Below, piece after piece: positions 25,065 through 34,425 of a DNA stretch of 42,049 nucleotides (its first letter is position 1; the number at the start of each line of letters is the position of its first letter). Origin of the DNA: a virus; IMG/VR virus record IMGVR_UViG_3300047496_000083, positions 1 to 42,049 of that record, one strand, 5' to 3'. The translations under genes and the position numbers were made by a program. Under the pieces are notes generated by a model. The model searched no databases. It worked only from the letters and a program-made list of their open reading frames with translations, and was not told where the DNA came from.

Positions 25065-27062
25065 ATGCCACGAGGCACACTCTCTAATACCCAGAAACTA
25101 AGTTTCGCCCCTCAAACTCTATTCCCATTTGAGTTCTTTAATTTAAAGGGCTTGGATATGTACAATCCCGACGAACTAGCAGACCCTAGTAGATGTGTGT
25201 ATGGGCGGAACTTTCGTTTATACGCCCCAGAGAGCGCCACTAACCGTGTGTCTTTAAGCAAACGAGCCGGGACTGGTTTTTATTCCGTACCTGTAGGAGA
25301 GACGCAGGATCAAGCCATTACGTCAGTTACAGGAGCTGGAAACCAACCAGTCGGGCTTATTACCTGGATTGCTCAGAAGTACACAGCTGGAGCCACTGGC
25401 AACCTAACCAGAGTGGATTTAAACCTCAAGAACGTAAGTTCAGGTACAGGGCCATTAATAGTGGCTATTTACTCGGATAACTCAGGAACGCCCGGAACTC
25501 TTCTAGCTACCAGTTCAATCCTAAGTTCTTCTATCACAGCCGCCTATCAATATCTAACAGCCAGGTTCATAGAAGCCCCCACTCAAACATCAGGGACTGT
25601 CTATTGGATCATTGCCTATATCCAAGGTAACGGATCTAACTCTTACTCGTGGTCCTCTACAACCAGCGCCACTACCGCCAAGACCTCAGCCGATGGCGGG
25701 AATACATGGAGTACCACGAGTTTTGCTATGAACTTCAAGACCTTTGTTTCTACTGCTGGTGGTGTTTTAGGGCAGTGGAGATTCTACCGAAGTACCGCCT
25801 CCCCAGTACAGATGTTCGCTTTTGGGACTAACGTATACACAGTTAATGACGTTACAGGAGCCGTCACCTCGATTAAATCAGGATTAAATGCTTCAGCCAC
25901 GGTTTATGATTGGGATTCTGTAAACGATAAAACCTACTTCGTTAATGGTTTTGATGCCCCACAGTCTTACGATGGAACTACAGTCGCCGCTGCTGGCGGC
26001 TCTCCACCAGTTTCAAGCAACGTAGAAGTACACGCTAACCAATTATTCTACCTACAGCCCAACACAAACCTTATAATTTTCTCTAGTATTGGGGCGTATG
26101 AAACTATCCCCGCTAATAATTTTGTATACGTCCCAGCCCAGAAAACTGCTGACGCCGCTATCAAGATTGTTTCAGTAGCTGGCGTTTTATTCTGTTTTAC
26201 CCGAAACACTAAATACCTACTCTACGGAACAGACCTTACAAGTTTAGTCGTAAAAGAAGCTCCTGCTAGTAAAGGGGCGGTTTCAGCCACCGCTATCACC
26301 AAAGATGAAGAAGCTGTTTACTTTATGAGCGATGACTTCCATATCTACGCCTCTAATGGTGGTACTGACCAAAAACTATCCTCCGAGCGTGTCTCAGTAA
26401 TATTACGAAACGTCGCCAATACATCAGACATTAAGCTTTATACTAATGACAAGAAACTATATGTCTCATACACTCCCTCTGGTCAAGCCGAAAACCACCA
26501 CAGACTAATCTATGACCTAACCTTTGAAGAGTGGTTAGCGGATGAAGAGACCTACACAGGTTATGGGATAACTTGGGGTTCACAGTCTGACACAGGACAA
26601 TTCGTCTTAAGCTCTTCCCGAGTAGGGGCGCTTTACTACGGCGATACTGGAACCTCAGACGTTGGCAAACCAATTAAGTTCGATTGGTGGAGCAAGTACA
26701 TGTCTTTCGGCTCTCCAGCCGCCAAACACAGGGTCAAGAGATACTACGTCTTCTTGCAAGGCCAAGACGGTAATTACTCAGTAGATTGTCAGGTAGACCA
26801 AGACAATAAGAACGCCCCCGACTCTAACCTCGTACCAGTAGATGTTAGTTCTCACTTCTATGGAGACGCCGGACTTATTTATGGGACTGTAGCCTCTGGA
26901 GGAAGCGGGCTTACTTATGGGGACGGAGTTTTAACACCGACCCGTATATCCATCTCTGGGGCGTTTCGTTTAACACAGTTTAGATTTGTCCAAGCCGGAG
27001 TAGATGAGCCAGTAGGAATATATGGCTTTAGTACTTATGTTTTGCCCAAAAAGCCAAAGTAA
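25065..27062 (+). CDS. Large tail protein (nozzle or tail-tubular-B-like, by position only)
   Basis: 665-aa ORF with a directly abutting start (TAA then ATG). Confidence 0.4.
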   Translation: MPRGTLSNTQKLSFAPQTLFPFEFFNLKGLDMYNPDELADPSRCVYGRNFRLYAPESATNRVSLSKRAGTGFYSVPVGETQDQAITSVTGAGNQPVGLITWIAQKYTAGATGNLTRVDLNLKNVSSGTGPLIVAIYSDNSGTPGTLLATSSILSSSITAAYQYLTARFIEAPTQTSGTVYWIIAYIQGNGSNSYSWSSTTSATTAKTSADGGNTWSTTSFAMNFKTFVSTAGGVLGQWRFYRSTASPVQMFAFGTNVYTVNDVTGAVTSIKSGLNASATVYDWDSVNDKTYFVNGFDAPQSYDGTTVAAAGGSPPVSSNVEVHANQLFYLQPNTNLIIFSSIGAYETIPANNFVYVPAQKTADAAIKIVSVAGVLFCFTRNTKYLLYGTDLTSLVVKEAPASKGAVSATAITKDEEAVYFMSDDFHIYASNGGTDQKLSSERVSVILRNVANTSDIKLYTNDKKLYVSYTPSGQAENHHRLIYDLTFEEWLADEETYTGYGITWGSQSDTGQFVLSSSRVGALYYGDTGTSDVGKPIKFDWWSKYMSFGSPAAKHRVKRYYVFLQGQDGNYSVDCQVDQDNKNAPDSNLVPVDVSSHFYGDAGLIYGTVASGGSGLTYGDGVLTPTRISISGAFRLTQFRFVQAGVDEPVGIYGFSTYVLPKKPK

Positions 27063-27080
27063 TGATAATCTAAAGCTATG
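27063..27080 (+). promoter_or_regulatory. Extended -10 (TGATAATCT), 6-nt spacer, ATG
   Basis: TGATAATCT, aaagct, ATG at 27078. This ATG is out of frame with the fibre ORF. Confidence 0.35.
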
Positions 27081-27094
27081 GAAGGAATAAAACC

Positions 27095-27697
27095 ATCTCT
27101 TTAATCTCATTCACACCCCTAGCAGACGGAGTAACTGGAGTCAACGCTGCCGCTACTAACACCCCTCTCTCTACGATTTATAACGACTACAACGGTAATA
27201 TAACTAACGCCAATATAGCTACAAACGCAGCTATAGCTGGTTCTAAAATCAATATTGCTAGTTTGGCTAACCCCTATAAGTTTAGTGTTTATAGGAATGC
27301 AGCCCTTAATACAGGAAATAGTGCATTAGCTGTTATAACTTTTGATACTAAAGTTTTCGATACAGGTACTAACATCGATGTAGTCACGAATAAGGGTCGA
27401 TTTACTGCACCCATAGCAGGTTTTTACTTCTTCACTGCTCAGTTCTCAGCCACTTATACTACTAACGATGTGGCTTTTATGAGTTTACTTAAAAACGGCA
27501 CCGAGATAGAAAGACTGGACCGTTTTACTGCATCGTCAGGTAACATATTTGGGATGAAAGGCTCTTTCCTGCTACAGCTTGCAGCTAATGATTATGTAGA
27601 GGTGGCAAGTGAAGTTATTGGTGCCGCAAGAGCCATGGAAGTCGGAGCTGTACCTGCTCATCCAACATTCACAGGCTTCCTAGTGAGCGCCACTTAA
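27095..27697 (+). CDS. Tail fibre with a C1q/TNF-like C-terminal domain; start unresolved (ATC 27095, or ATG 27078 plus a -1 shift; the track starts at TTG 27263)
   Basis: The frame is open from 27074 and reads …ISLISFTPLADGVTGVNAAATN…NITNANIATNAAIAGSKI…. C-terminal GRFTAPIAGFYFFTAQFS…LLKNG…LAANDYVEV fits the C1q jelly-roll pattern. Confidence 0.6.
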   Translation: MSLISFTPLADGVTGVNAAATNTPLSTIYNDYNGNITNANIATNAAIAGSKINIASLANPYKFSVYRNAALNTGNSALAVITFDTKVFDTGTNIDVVTNKGRFTAPIAGFYFFTAQFSATYTTNDVAFMSLLKNGTEIERLDRFTASSGNIFGMKGSFLLQLAANDYVEVASEVIGAARAMEVGAVPAHPTFTGFLVSAT

Positions 27698-28171
27698 ATG
27701 TCTTTAATCACAAATACTGACATCGCCCCCAATGCTGGGATTCTAGGAACACAGATAGCCGATAAAACTCTCCAACTTCGTAACCTGAGTGATGATGTCT
27801 TTGGTATCGTAGACTCCCTTAACCTTACTAGTACATCCTATACTACAGGTACAAGTCCCGTAGGAGGAGTAGCTTTAGATGTTCATAATTTCTCTGTGGC
27901 TCATAACCTAGATTTTATCCCAGCGGCTGTCGGATACATATTAAGCGATGACGGAACCTCTTACTACGAACTACCTAGAACACTGTGGGGGATAGATGGC
28001 GCAGGAGTGAAGTATGTCCAAGTAGTTTTACAACTTTACGCAAACACTACTAACATAACTTTACAAGTATCGACTTTTTTAAGCGGTATAGGTTCTGGAG
28101 GATCGGTGAGTGCTAATAATCCAGCCTTCCCTTTGAAGATTTACCTATTACAAGAAAGTGCCGCCCAATGA
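27698..28171 (+). CDS. Hypothetical tail/fibre-associated protein
   Basis: ORF track; start abuts the previous stop. Confidence 0.5.
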   Translation: MSLITNTDIAPNAGILGTQIADKTLQLRNLSDDVFGIVDSLNLTSTSYTTGTSPVGGVALDVHNFSVAHNLDFIPAAVGYILSDDGTSYYELPRTLWGIDGAGVKYVQVVLQLYANTTNITLQVSTFLSGIGSGGSVSANNPAFPLKIYLLQESAAQ

Positions 28172-28401
28172 AATTAATGATTGCTAACGATGGTGTGGTT
28201 GGCTCGGTCGATAATGGAATAAGCCATTACATAGGCGAGCCTATGGATTACGAGTTAATAGACTGCCCGCCAGAGATTGAGAAAAGACTCCAAGATAACA
28301 AAGATCCCCTACAATTTAACTACCTAAAATATAAAGACGGAGAAGTCACTATTGACATTCCGCCCCAAGACCCAAAGGTTGATATTATAGCAATTGGATA
28401 A
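28168..28401 (+). CDS. Hypothetical protein
   Basis: ORF track; ATGA coupling. Confidence 0.45.
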   Translation: MKLMIANDGVVGSVDNGISHYIGEPMDYELIDCPPEIEKRLQDNKDPLQFNYLKYKDGEVTIDIPPQDPKVDIIAIG

Positions 28402-28425
28402 CCCTAGTGTTATGATTTAATCATA

Positions 28426-28584
28426 ATGAATCCTACTAGAGCCGATATAGCCAAACTCCTCCAAGACATCGCCCCTCCCGGTGAAAAACAAGACGAAAAG
28501 ATAGAGGCTGTAAAGGCGTTAGGGATCAAGAACAAACAAAATATAGGTGTCCACGAGATACTAGAGAGTTTTCTTGAATTCTGA
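28426..28584 (+). CDS. 52-aa ORF (below the track cutoff)
   Basis: Hand translation: MNPTRADIAKLLQDIAPPGEKQDEKIEAVKALGIKNKQNIGVHEILESFLEF. TGATG coupling to the next gene; TGTTATGAT upstream. Confidence 0.35.
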   Translation: MNPTRADIAKLLQDIAPPGEKQDEKIEAVKALGIKNKQNIGVHEILESFLEF

Positions 28585-29306
28585 TGCAACCAGTAGCACC
28601 TAATAACAATCCTGCCCCTACGACCGATTTTAATACAGCTTATGGGGAATTAGGGAACGTCTACGACCCCCAAGCCGCACAGGTTAATACAGCTTTAGCC
28701 GCAATACCCGGACAACAACAAGCCGCTATGTCCTCTTTAGATCAAGCTAAGGTAAATGCTTTTAAGACTATAGGCACAACCGCCAACTCAAGGGGTATAT
28801 TCTTTAGTGGTTACCAGCCAGACCAACAAAACACTTATACGACTACTAAGTATGATCCTGCTGTCACAGACTTGAATAATAAGACTACAGCCCAGACACA
28901 GAGCCTCCAGCAGAAACTAACAGATATTAGTCAGGCTAGGTCAAATGCCGCTCAGAGTCTAGTCAACGATACTCAAACAGCCCAAGCCACCGCCGCCAGA
29001 CAAGCCGCCAGTGATGCTAAATCGAATGCCGCTTTAGCTTTAGCCGCTTCTAAATCCTCTAACCCATTAAACTTCAGCCAAGATGATGTTGCTCGGGAAT
29101 TAAGGGTGGGACTAGGTGCTGTAGCAGGTGGAGATGGTCACGTAGCTCCTGCTCAGTTAGCTAAAGCTTACCTAGTATGGAAACAATCTGGATTGGCTGA
29201 TAATGCTTTCTGGAGTAACTTCCAGGGACTATGGAATCCGAACGAGGGCGACTACCAACAGTTATTCAACTACTACAAGAGCAACCCCGATAAAATACCT
29301 ACATAA
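28584..29306 (+). CDS. Virion internal-protein candidate
   Basis: Gln/Ala-rich 240-aa ORF, first of three coupled large ORFs after the fibres. Confidence 0.45.
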   Translation: MQPVAPNNNPAPTTDFNTAYGELGNVYDPQAAQVNTALAAIPGQQQAAMSSLDQAKVNAFKTIGTTANSRGIFFSGYQPDQQNTYTTTKYDPAVTDLNNKTTAQTQSLQQKLTDISQARSNAAQSLVNDTQTAQATAARQAASDAKSNAALALAASKSSNPLNFSQDDVARELRVGLGAVAGGDGHVAPAQLAKAYLVWKQSGLADNAFWSNFQGLWNPNEGDYQQLFNYYKSNPDKIPT

Positions 29307-30967
29307 TGGCTAATGTATTTAATATAGGCAAAGTATCAGACATATCTGGTCTTTTTAGCGCTGGACAACAAGGACAATTACCACCAGGCTATGGCAAAAC
29401 CTTTGCACTACCTACTCAACCAGCCAATGATTTACCGACCCTAAAACTCCAGTTAAGCGCTGGAAAGATAAACAGACAACAATTCATTACCAAGATGGCG
29501 TCTTTTAACCCTGCCCCTCTAGGGAAATATAACATTAAGAATGTAGCAGGGGCGTTTGGGAGTGCCGCAGTCGCCTTACCTAAGAACCTAGCCGTTGGTA
29601 CAGCTAAAAGTGCCGCCCAAGGAATAGTAGGAACGTCTAACTTTGCCTATAACAAAGGTGTGGCTCCAGTTCTTAACTTACCCAGAAATAATACTTTCCA
29701 AAAAGCTACTGCAAGTACGCCATTAGGTAGAAAGATTGGAAACTTTGCTGGGACTCCTAATACCAGACAGACTATCGCAGGACTAGCCTCTACAGCCTTA
29801 TTAGCCGCTGGAGGAGAAGCCGCCACTGCTAAAGCCGCTGTCGCTAAGAACACCCTAATTGGTGGAGCGTTTGGAGCCGCTGGCGCTGAATCAGGAGCCA
29901 AAGCCCCCTCTAGAAAAGAACTTGCTAAAAGTATCGCTACCGGTGCAGTTTTAGGTGGTGGTGGTACTGCCCTTGGTAAAGCCCTAGCCCGCACCCAAGC
30001 CCAACGTGCCGCCGGTATAAATGTACCTAAGAGTGCTTTAGATAACCATATAGTAGAAGAACCAAAGGCTTCATCTTTAAAGATTAATAACCCTGATGGC
30101 GCAAAGATTGGTAAAACTACAGCCATTGCTGATACCACTAAGGGAATAGTTGACCAACAGACTGGTAAAGCCACTGTAGCCCTTCACCTACCATCAGCTA
30201 ATGGAGCACCTGGACACTATGCTGAATTAACGCCTGCACAGGCCCTACACTTCGCTGATGAAAAAGGCAACCTAAAACCAGACTTCACCTCTGGAGGACA
30301 ACTCGGCAGAGACAATATCCATGTTTCTGACCTACCTAAACTACAAGCTTCTGGTGCAACCAAGATTAGCATTAAAGAGTTGGCTGATAAATCGCCTCCG
30401 CTGAAAGAAGCCTTACAGAAGTTCGATAATGCCCCAAAAACCGATGTCGCACAATCTGGTAGTGCCCTAAGAACCAAAGCCCAGGCTGTAGAGCAAGGCA
30501 TGAAAGCTGACGAACAAGCAGGTGCAACCTATAGTACGGTCAGTCATAAGGTGGAAGCAGAGAAAGCAGTTAAGTTATTGCAAGAAGACCCAGAAAAGGC
30601 TAAGGCTATAGCGATGGGTGCAAGAGGAGATAATGCTTCACACGAAGCGGCTGTTTACCATGCTGTAAAGAATCAAGCCCTTGAGACAGCTAAAAAGACA
30701 GGTGATTACAGCGAAGTTATGGACCTTGCTAACTCAACCCGACACACTGCTGTATCTGAAGCCGCCCAAAAGCTAGGAGCTGAAGGGTATAACACAGACG
30801 TTGCTGACCCTGTAGCAAGAATCAAAGAAGTCCAAGACGTTAGAAGAAAAGTGGCTGGTGTTAAAGTCGCTAGCGTAACTAAAGATATTCAGAAAGAAGT
30901 TAAATCCAGGAGTACTGTATCACGCCAAGATTGGCATAGTTTCGTCCAAGATTTGAGGTGTAAATGA
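29306..30967 (+). CDS. Virion internal/ejection-protein candidate
   Basis: 553 aa with Ala/Gly-rich hydrophobic segments (GLASTALLAAGG…GAVLGGGGTALGKALA). Confidence 0.45.
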   Translation: MANVFNIGKVSDISGLFSAGQQGQLPPGYGKTFALPTQPANDLPTLKLQLSAGKINRQQFITKMASFNPAPLGKYNIKNVAGAFGSAAVALPKNLAVGTAKSAAQGIVGTSNFAYNKGVAPVLNLPRNNTFQKATASTPLGRKIGNFAGTPNTRQTIAGLASTALLAAGGEAATAKAAVAKNTLIGGAFGAAGAESGAKAPSRKELAKSIATGAVLGGGGTALGKALARTQAQRAAGINVPKSALDNHIVEEPKASSLKINNPDGAKIGKTTAIADTTKGIVDQQTGKATVALHLPSANGAPGHYAELTPAQALHFADEKGNLKPDFTSGGQLGRDNIHVSDLPKLQASGATKISIKELADKSPPLKEALQKFDNAPKTDVAQSGSALRTKAQAVEQGMKADEQAGATYSTVSHKVEAEKAVKLLQEDPEKAKAIAMGARGDNASHEAAVYHAVKNQALETAKKTGDYSEVMDLANSTRHTAVSEAAQKLGAEGYNTDVADPVARIKEVQDVRRKVAGVKVASVTKDIQKEVKSRSTVSRQDWHSFVQDLRCK

Positions 30968-33015
30968 GTTTTTGTCTATTACCAGAAGCTGAGAATCGGT
31001 TTACCCAAGGACTTAAGGATGGGACTATCGACCCTTATAAACTTAACCAGATGAGTTCTGATGAACGCCGAGCTATATTTGAAAAGGTCGTAGGTGAAAA
31101 GAACGCCGCCAAAGAAGTAAACGCCCAATTCGAGGGTAAAATGTTATTAAAGAACCAAAAGTACGCCTATACTAGCTGGGCCAAGAAACTGACTGGAATC
31201 ACTCCAGCCATGCGTACCGACCTAGCATCCAAGATAAACAAACTCGACCACGTACTAGACCCGACAGAAGAAAAAGCCTTCCTATCCGATTTAGCCGAAA
31301 AGAAGTTAGGCATTGGAGTAACCTCGGAGGAAGCTAAAAAGATAGCCGACCTATCTGGTAAAGTCCAAGACGCCAGAACTAGCGGATTAAGTACTCCCGA
31401 ACAGGCTCTTAAAAAGGGTTTTACACCGTCAGCTAAGGACGTTGCTCATGGTTACGCCCAGTACGATCTACAGAAGTATGTAAGTGATCTAAAGAACGGG
31501 GCGACTAAGTTTAAAGCTTCTGACCTTAAGTCCCCTGTAGGTGTAGGACAAGCGGTCGCATCCTTGCCTAGACGAGTAGCAGACGTATCTAAATCTCTAG
31601 GTGCTTCTTTAGATGATAGTTTCGCTTTACGGCAGGGGCTAAAGACCCTCATAACACACCCTGTCCAATGGCAGAAGGAGTTTAGAGGCAGTTTTGTTAA
31701 TATCGCCAAAGGTTTTAAGAATGCTGAGGAAGCTCAAAGACACTTCAAAGCTAATATAATGGCTGACCCTCTATATCATCAGGCGGTCAAAGATGGTGTG
31801 GCTTTAACCAAGTCTGAGGACGTATTCCCTACTTCCCTTCCAGGTAAGATTCCAGTAGCAGGTCGATTTTTTAACGCCTCAGAAGTCGCCTACGAAGCTT
31901 ATGCTGAGAATCTACGCCTCGCCCTTTATAAACAGTACATGCGACAAGCTGAAGGTAAAGGACTAGATACTTCTGGGACGTTCGGTAAGAACGTAGCTAA
32001 GATGGTCAACTCCCTTACAGGCAGGGGTGGTCTTGGCAAGTTAGAACCAGTCTCCGGCCCAATCAATCTAGCCTTTTACTCGCTGAGATTCTTAAAGTCT
32101 AACGTGGACACTCTGCTTCTACACCCGTTAGGAGCTGGGGTTGGCGGAACAGCCGACCTACTAGCGAGAAAAGAAGGTGCTAAAGGTGTTAGTTTCGCCC
32201 AAAAAGCAGCCGCTAAGAACCTAGTAAAGATTATCGGTGGTATAAGTGCCATCCTTGCGACTGCCAACGCTCTTAAACCTGGAAGTGTTACATACGACCC
32301 TAGAAGCTCGGACTTTGGAAAGATTAAGATAGGCGATACTAGATTTGAAGTTACAGGAGGCTTAGATTCACTCGTTACCCTAGCCGCCCGCATAGCCTCC
32401 AAATCATCTACCAGTAGCACTACAGGTGCTGTTTCTAAGTTAAACACCGGAGAATACGGCGCACCGACGTCCTTCGATGTAGCCACAAACTTTCTGAGTA
32501 ATAAATCCTCTCCTGTAGGTGGGGTTATACTAGACGAACTTAAAGGTAAGAACCCACAAGGTCAAAAAACCACGACTAGGGGTGAGTTGGGTAAACTTGT
32601 CACCCCACTTAACATTAATAACTACACAGAACTTAAAAATGATAAAAATTCAGCTAATGTTTTGGCTTCAGTTATCTCAGATACGCTAGGTATTTCAACC
32701 AACACCTACGGCAAGTCCACCACCCAATGGGACCCTAGCAGTTCTAAAACACTCTCAGCCTTTAATCAGAAGGTAGGGGCATCAACATTTAAACAGGCTA
32801 ATAGTGACTACAATACTCGCCTAGATCAGTTTATGCAGAAACTAACCTCTAGCCCTGTATATAAAGCCCTGCCAGACGACCAGAAGAAAGCTGTCGTAAC
32901 CTCGGGTAAGACTAAATTACAAGCCGAGACGCTAAAAAGTTACGGTTTTAAAGCTCCTAAAAGCAGTACAAGCTATAGCAAACAAAAGAAAAGCCTACTT
33001 AATCTCGCTCAATAG
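30964..33015 (+). CDS. Large virion internal/ejection or tape-measure-like protein
   Basis: 683 aa, ATGA coupling, last gene of the structural block. Confidence 0.45.
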   Translation: MSFCLLPEAENRFTQGLKDGTIDPYKLNQMSSDERRAIFEKVVGEKNAAKEVNAQFEGKMLLKNQKYAYTSWAKKLTGITPAMRTDLASKINKLDHVLDPTEEKAFLSDLAEKKLGIGVTSEEAKKIADLSGKVQDARTSGLSTPEQALKKGFTPSAKDVAHGYAQYDLQKYVSDLKNGATKFKASDLKSPVGVGQAVASLPRRVADVSKSLGASLDDSFALRQGLKTLITHPVQWQKEFRGSFVNIAKGFKNAEEAQRHFKANIMADPLYHQAVKDGVALTKSEDVFPTSLPGKIPVAGRFFNASEVAYEAYAENLRLALYKQYMRQAEGKGLDTSGTFGKNVAKMVNSLTGRGGLGKLEPVSGPINLAFYSLRFLKSNVDTLLLHPLGAGVGGTADLLARKEGAKGVSFAQKAAAKNLVKIIGGISAILATANALKPGSVTYDPRSSDFGKIKIGDTRFEVTGGLDSLVTLAARIASKSSTSSTTGAVSKLNTGEYGAPTSFDVATNFLSNKSSPVGGVILDELKGKNPQGQKTTTRGELGKLVTPLNINNYTELKNDKNSANVLASVISDTLGISTNTYGKSTTQWDPSSSKTLSAFNQKVGASTFKQANSDYNTRLDQFMQKLTSSPVYKALPDDQKKAVVTSGKTKLQAETLKSYGFKAPKSSTSYSKQKKSLLNLAQ

Positions 33016-33123
33016 GAAGAAAATAACACCAAGTTGGACTGCGACTACTACTCCCAAAAACCCTAGGGCCTTATCCTTTTGTTCGACAGTCCAATCACGC
33101 CATTCGTCATCTCTAGTTTTCAT
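32995..33123 (-). CDS. Possible 42-aa C-terminally anchored membrane peptide (antisense island)
   Basis: Hand translation: MKTRDDEWRDWTVEQKDKALGFLGVVVAVQLGVIFFLLSEIK. Overlaps the 3' end of the plus-strand gene by 21 nt. Confidence 0.25.
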   Translation of the reverse strand: MKTRDDEWRDWTVEQKDKALGFLGVVVAVQLGVIFFLLSEIK

Positions 33124-33155
33124 GTTGTTAACCCTACCATGACACACCTAATATG

Positions 33156-33323
33156 TCAAGAGTGTTTGGCTATTTCCTTGGTGGCGACGGTGTTAAAATA
33201 AGCGGCCGGATTGCGTATATTCTTACGTTCTAAGACGTCAGCCTTTAAATGACTGAGGCTCTCATTGGCATTGGTTTTTAATTTATATTTATCATTGGCA
33301 ATGATGTTGTTTATTTGTTCCAT
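33156..33323 (-). CDS. Hypothetical protein on the minus strand inside the late arm (internal ATG preferred over the track start at 33377)
   Basis: MEQINNIIANDKYKL…. The longer track N-terminus would overlap the terminator hairpin at 33377-33397. Confidence 0.35.
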   Translation of the reverse strand: MEQINNIIANDKYKLKTNANESLSHLKADVLERKNIRNPAAYFNTVATKEIAKHS

Positions 33324-33376
33324 GGGGCTTGACCTTTCAGCCCTCGTTCGGTAAGCTTTAGGTAGCTTTAATACCA

Positions 33377-33407
33377 CCCTCGGCTTACTCCCGAGGGATT
33401 TCTTTTA
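33377..33407 (+). terminator. Rho-independent terminator closing the structural operon
   Basis: ccctcgg / ccgaggg 7-bp stem, 7-nt loop, then ATTTCTTTTA. Confidence 0.6.
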
Positions 33408-33489
33408 CTTAGTGATGGCCGGTTGTACACCCGACAGCAGTTTGGAGCTTTAATACCAAAATGCTTACATACATATTAATACTGTTCCG

Positions 33490-33498
33490 TGCTAAAAT
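33490..33498 (+). promoter_or_regulatory. Extended -10 (TGCTAAAAT) ahead of the lysis-region operon (leadered; SD GGAGAG)
   Basis: TGCTAAAAT at 33490-33498, about 22 nt before the ATG at 33521. Confidence 0.35.
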
Positions 33499-33520
33499 CA
33501 AACCATAAGCGGAGAGTATT

Positions 33521-33730
33521 ATGAAACTGAAAACCACCACCCTACAACCCACCAAACCAGGCCAGAAGAAAATCACCTTTAAAAAAGGCGGTTTGCACGA
33601 GTCTTTAGGTCTACCACAAGGTTCTAAAATCCCTGCTGTAGCGATGGCACGGGCTAAAGCCGGACATTACGGTGCAAAAGCTAAAAAACAGGCGATGTTC
33701 GCCAAGAATGTGCTCACAGGCAAAAAATGA
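33521..33730 (+). CDS. Small basic hypothetical protein
   Basis: ORF track; SD GGAGAG. Confidence 0.45.
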   Translation: MKLKTTTLQPTKPGQKKITFKKGGLHESLGLPQGSKIPAVAMARAKAGHYGAKAKKQAMFAKNVLTGKK

Positions 33731-34146
33731 CCATCACCGCCCAGTCAGTACAGAATATCTTTATAGTCTCTACGGCTGTGGGTGGGGCGTTACTTTACTT
33801 CCGCACCCGTATACCCCAACAAAACGTCACACAACTTACCGCCCTTACAGCTACTTATGAAAAAAGAATTACAGCCCTAGAAGAAGAGATTAAGGGATAT
33901 CATAAGACAAGTATAGAAAACGCCAAAGCCCTCGCAGACCTACAAGGACAAATTAAAGTCTACAAAGAACTCCCCTTAAGAGAACTCGCAGACGGGATTA
34001 AGACGGTGGCCGATAGTAACGATGAAATACTACAAACCCTAAAGAAATCTGCCCTAGTTCTTGATGCTGAAAAGGGTGATGGTGGATTATTAGTCAAAAC
34101 TAAGAGTGGTAAACCACTTGGCGTAGAAATTAAGGAGTCAACATGA
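33727..34146 (+). CDS. N-terminally anchored coiled-coil protein
   Basis: IFIVSTAVGGALLYF TM segment followed by heptad-like sequence; ATGA coupling. Confidence 0.45.
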   Translation: MTITAQSVQNIFIVSTAVGGALLYFRTRIPQQNVTQLTALTATYEKRITALEEEIKGYHKTSIENAKALADLQGQIKVYKELPLRELADGIKTVADSNDEILQTLKKSALVLDAEKGDGGLLVKTKSGKPLGVEIKEST

Positions 34147-34187
34147 TTAAAGGGTTCGATAAAGTTCACTAATAGAAAGGTTTTATC

Positions 34188-34343
34188 ATGCTTTTAGTAG
34201 GACTTTCATGGCTCACGTTCTGGTTACTGATCGACGTTTTCACAGTAGAAATAACTAAGGCCGCCCTCGTAACAGCTATCATCTTTTTGGTGTTGGGTTT
34301 GTTGTTAGATGATGGCCCTAACCTAAAACTAAGACGCCCATAA
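34188..34343 (+). CDS. 51-aa two-TM holin-like protein (below the track cutoff)
   Basis: Hand translation: MLLVGLSWLTFWLLIDVFTVEITKAALVTAIIFLVLGLLLDDGPNLKLRRP. Confidence 0.4.
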   Translation: MLLVGLSWLTFWLLIDVFTVEITKAALVTAIIFLVLGLLLDDGPNLKLRRP

Positions 34344-34405
34344 TGATAGGCGTTGGCGGAATCATACTAATTCTAATCGTTCTATATCTACTATTCGGTA
34401 GGTAA
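34343..34405 (+). CDS. Possible 20-aa TM peptide
   Basis: TAATG overlap; MIGVGGIILILIVLYLLFGR. Confidence 0.2.
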   Translation: MIGVGGIILILIVLYLLFGR

Positions 34406-34425
34406 ACTAGAAGGGAGATAATATT

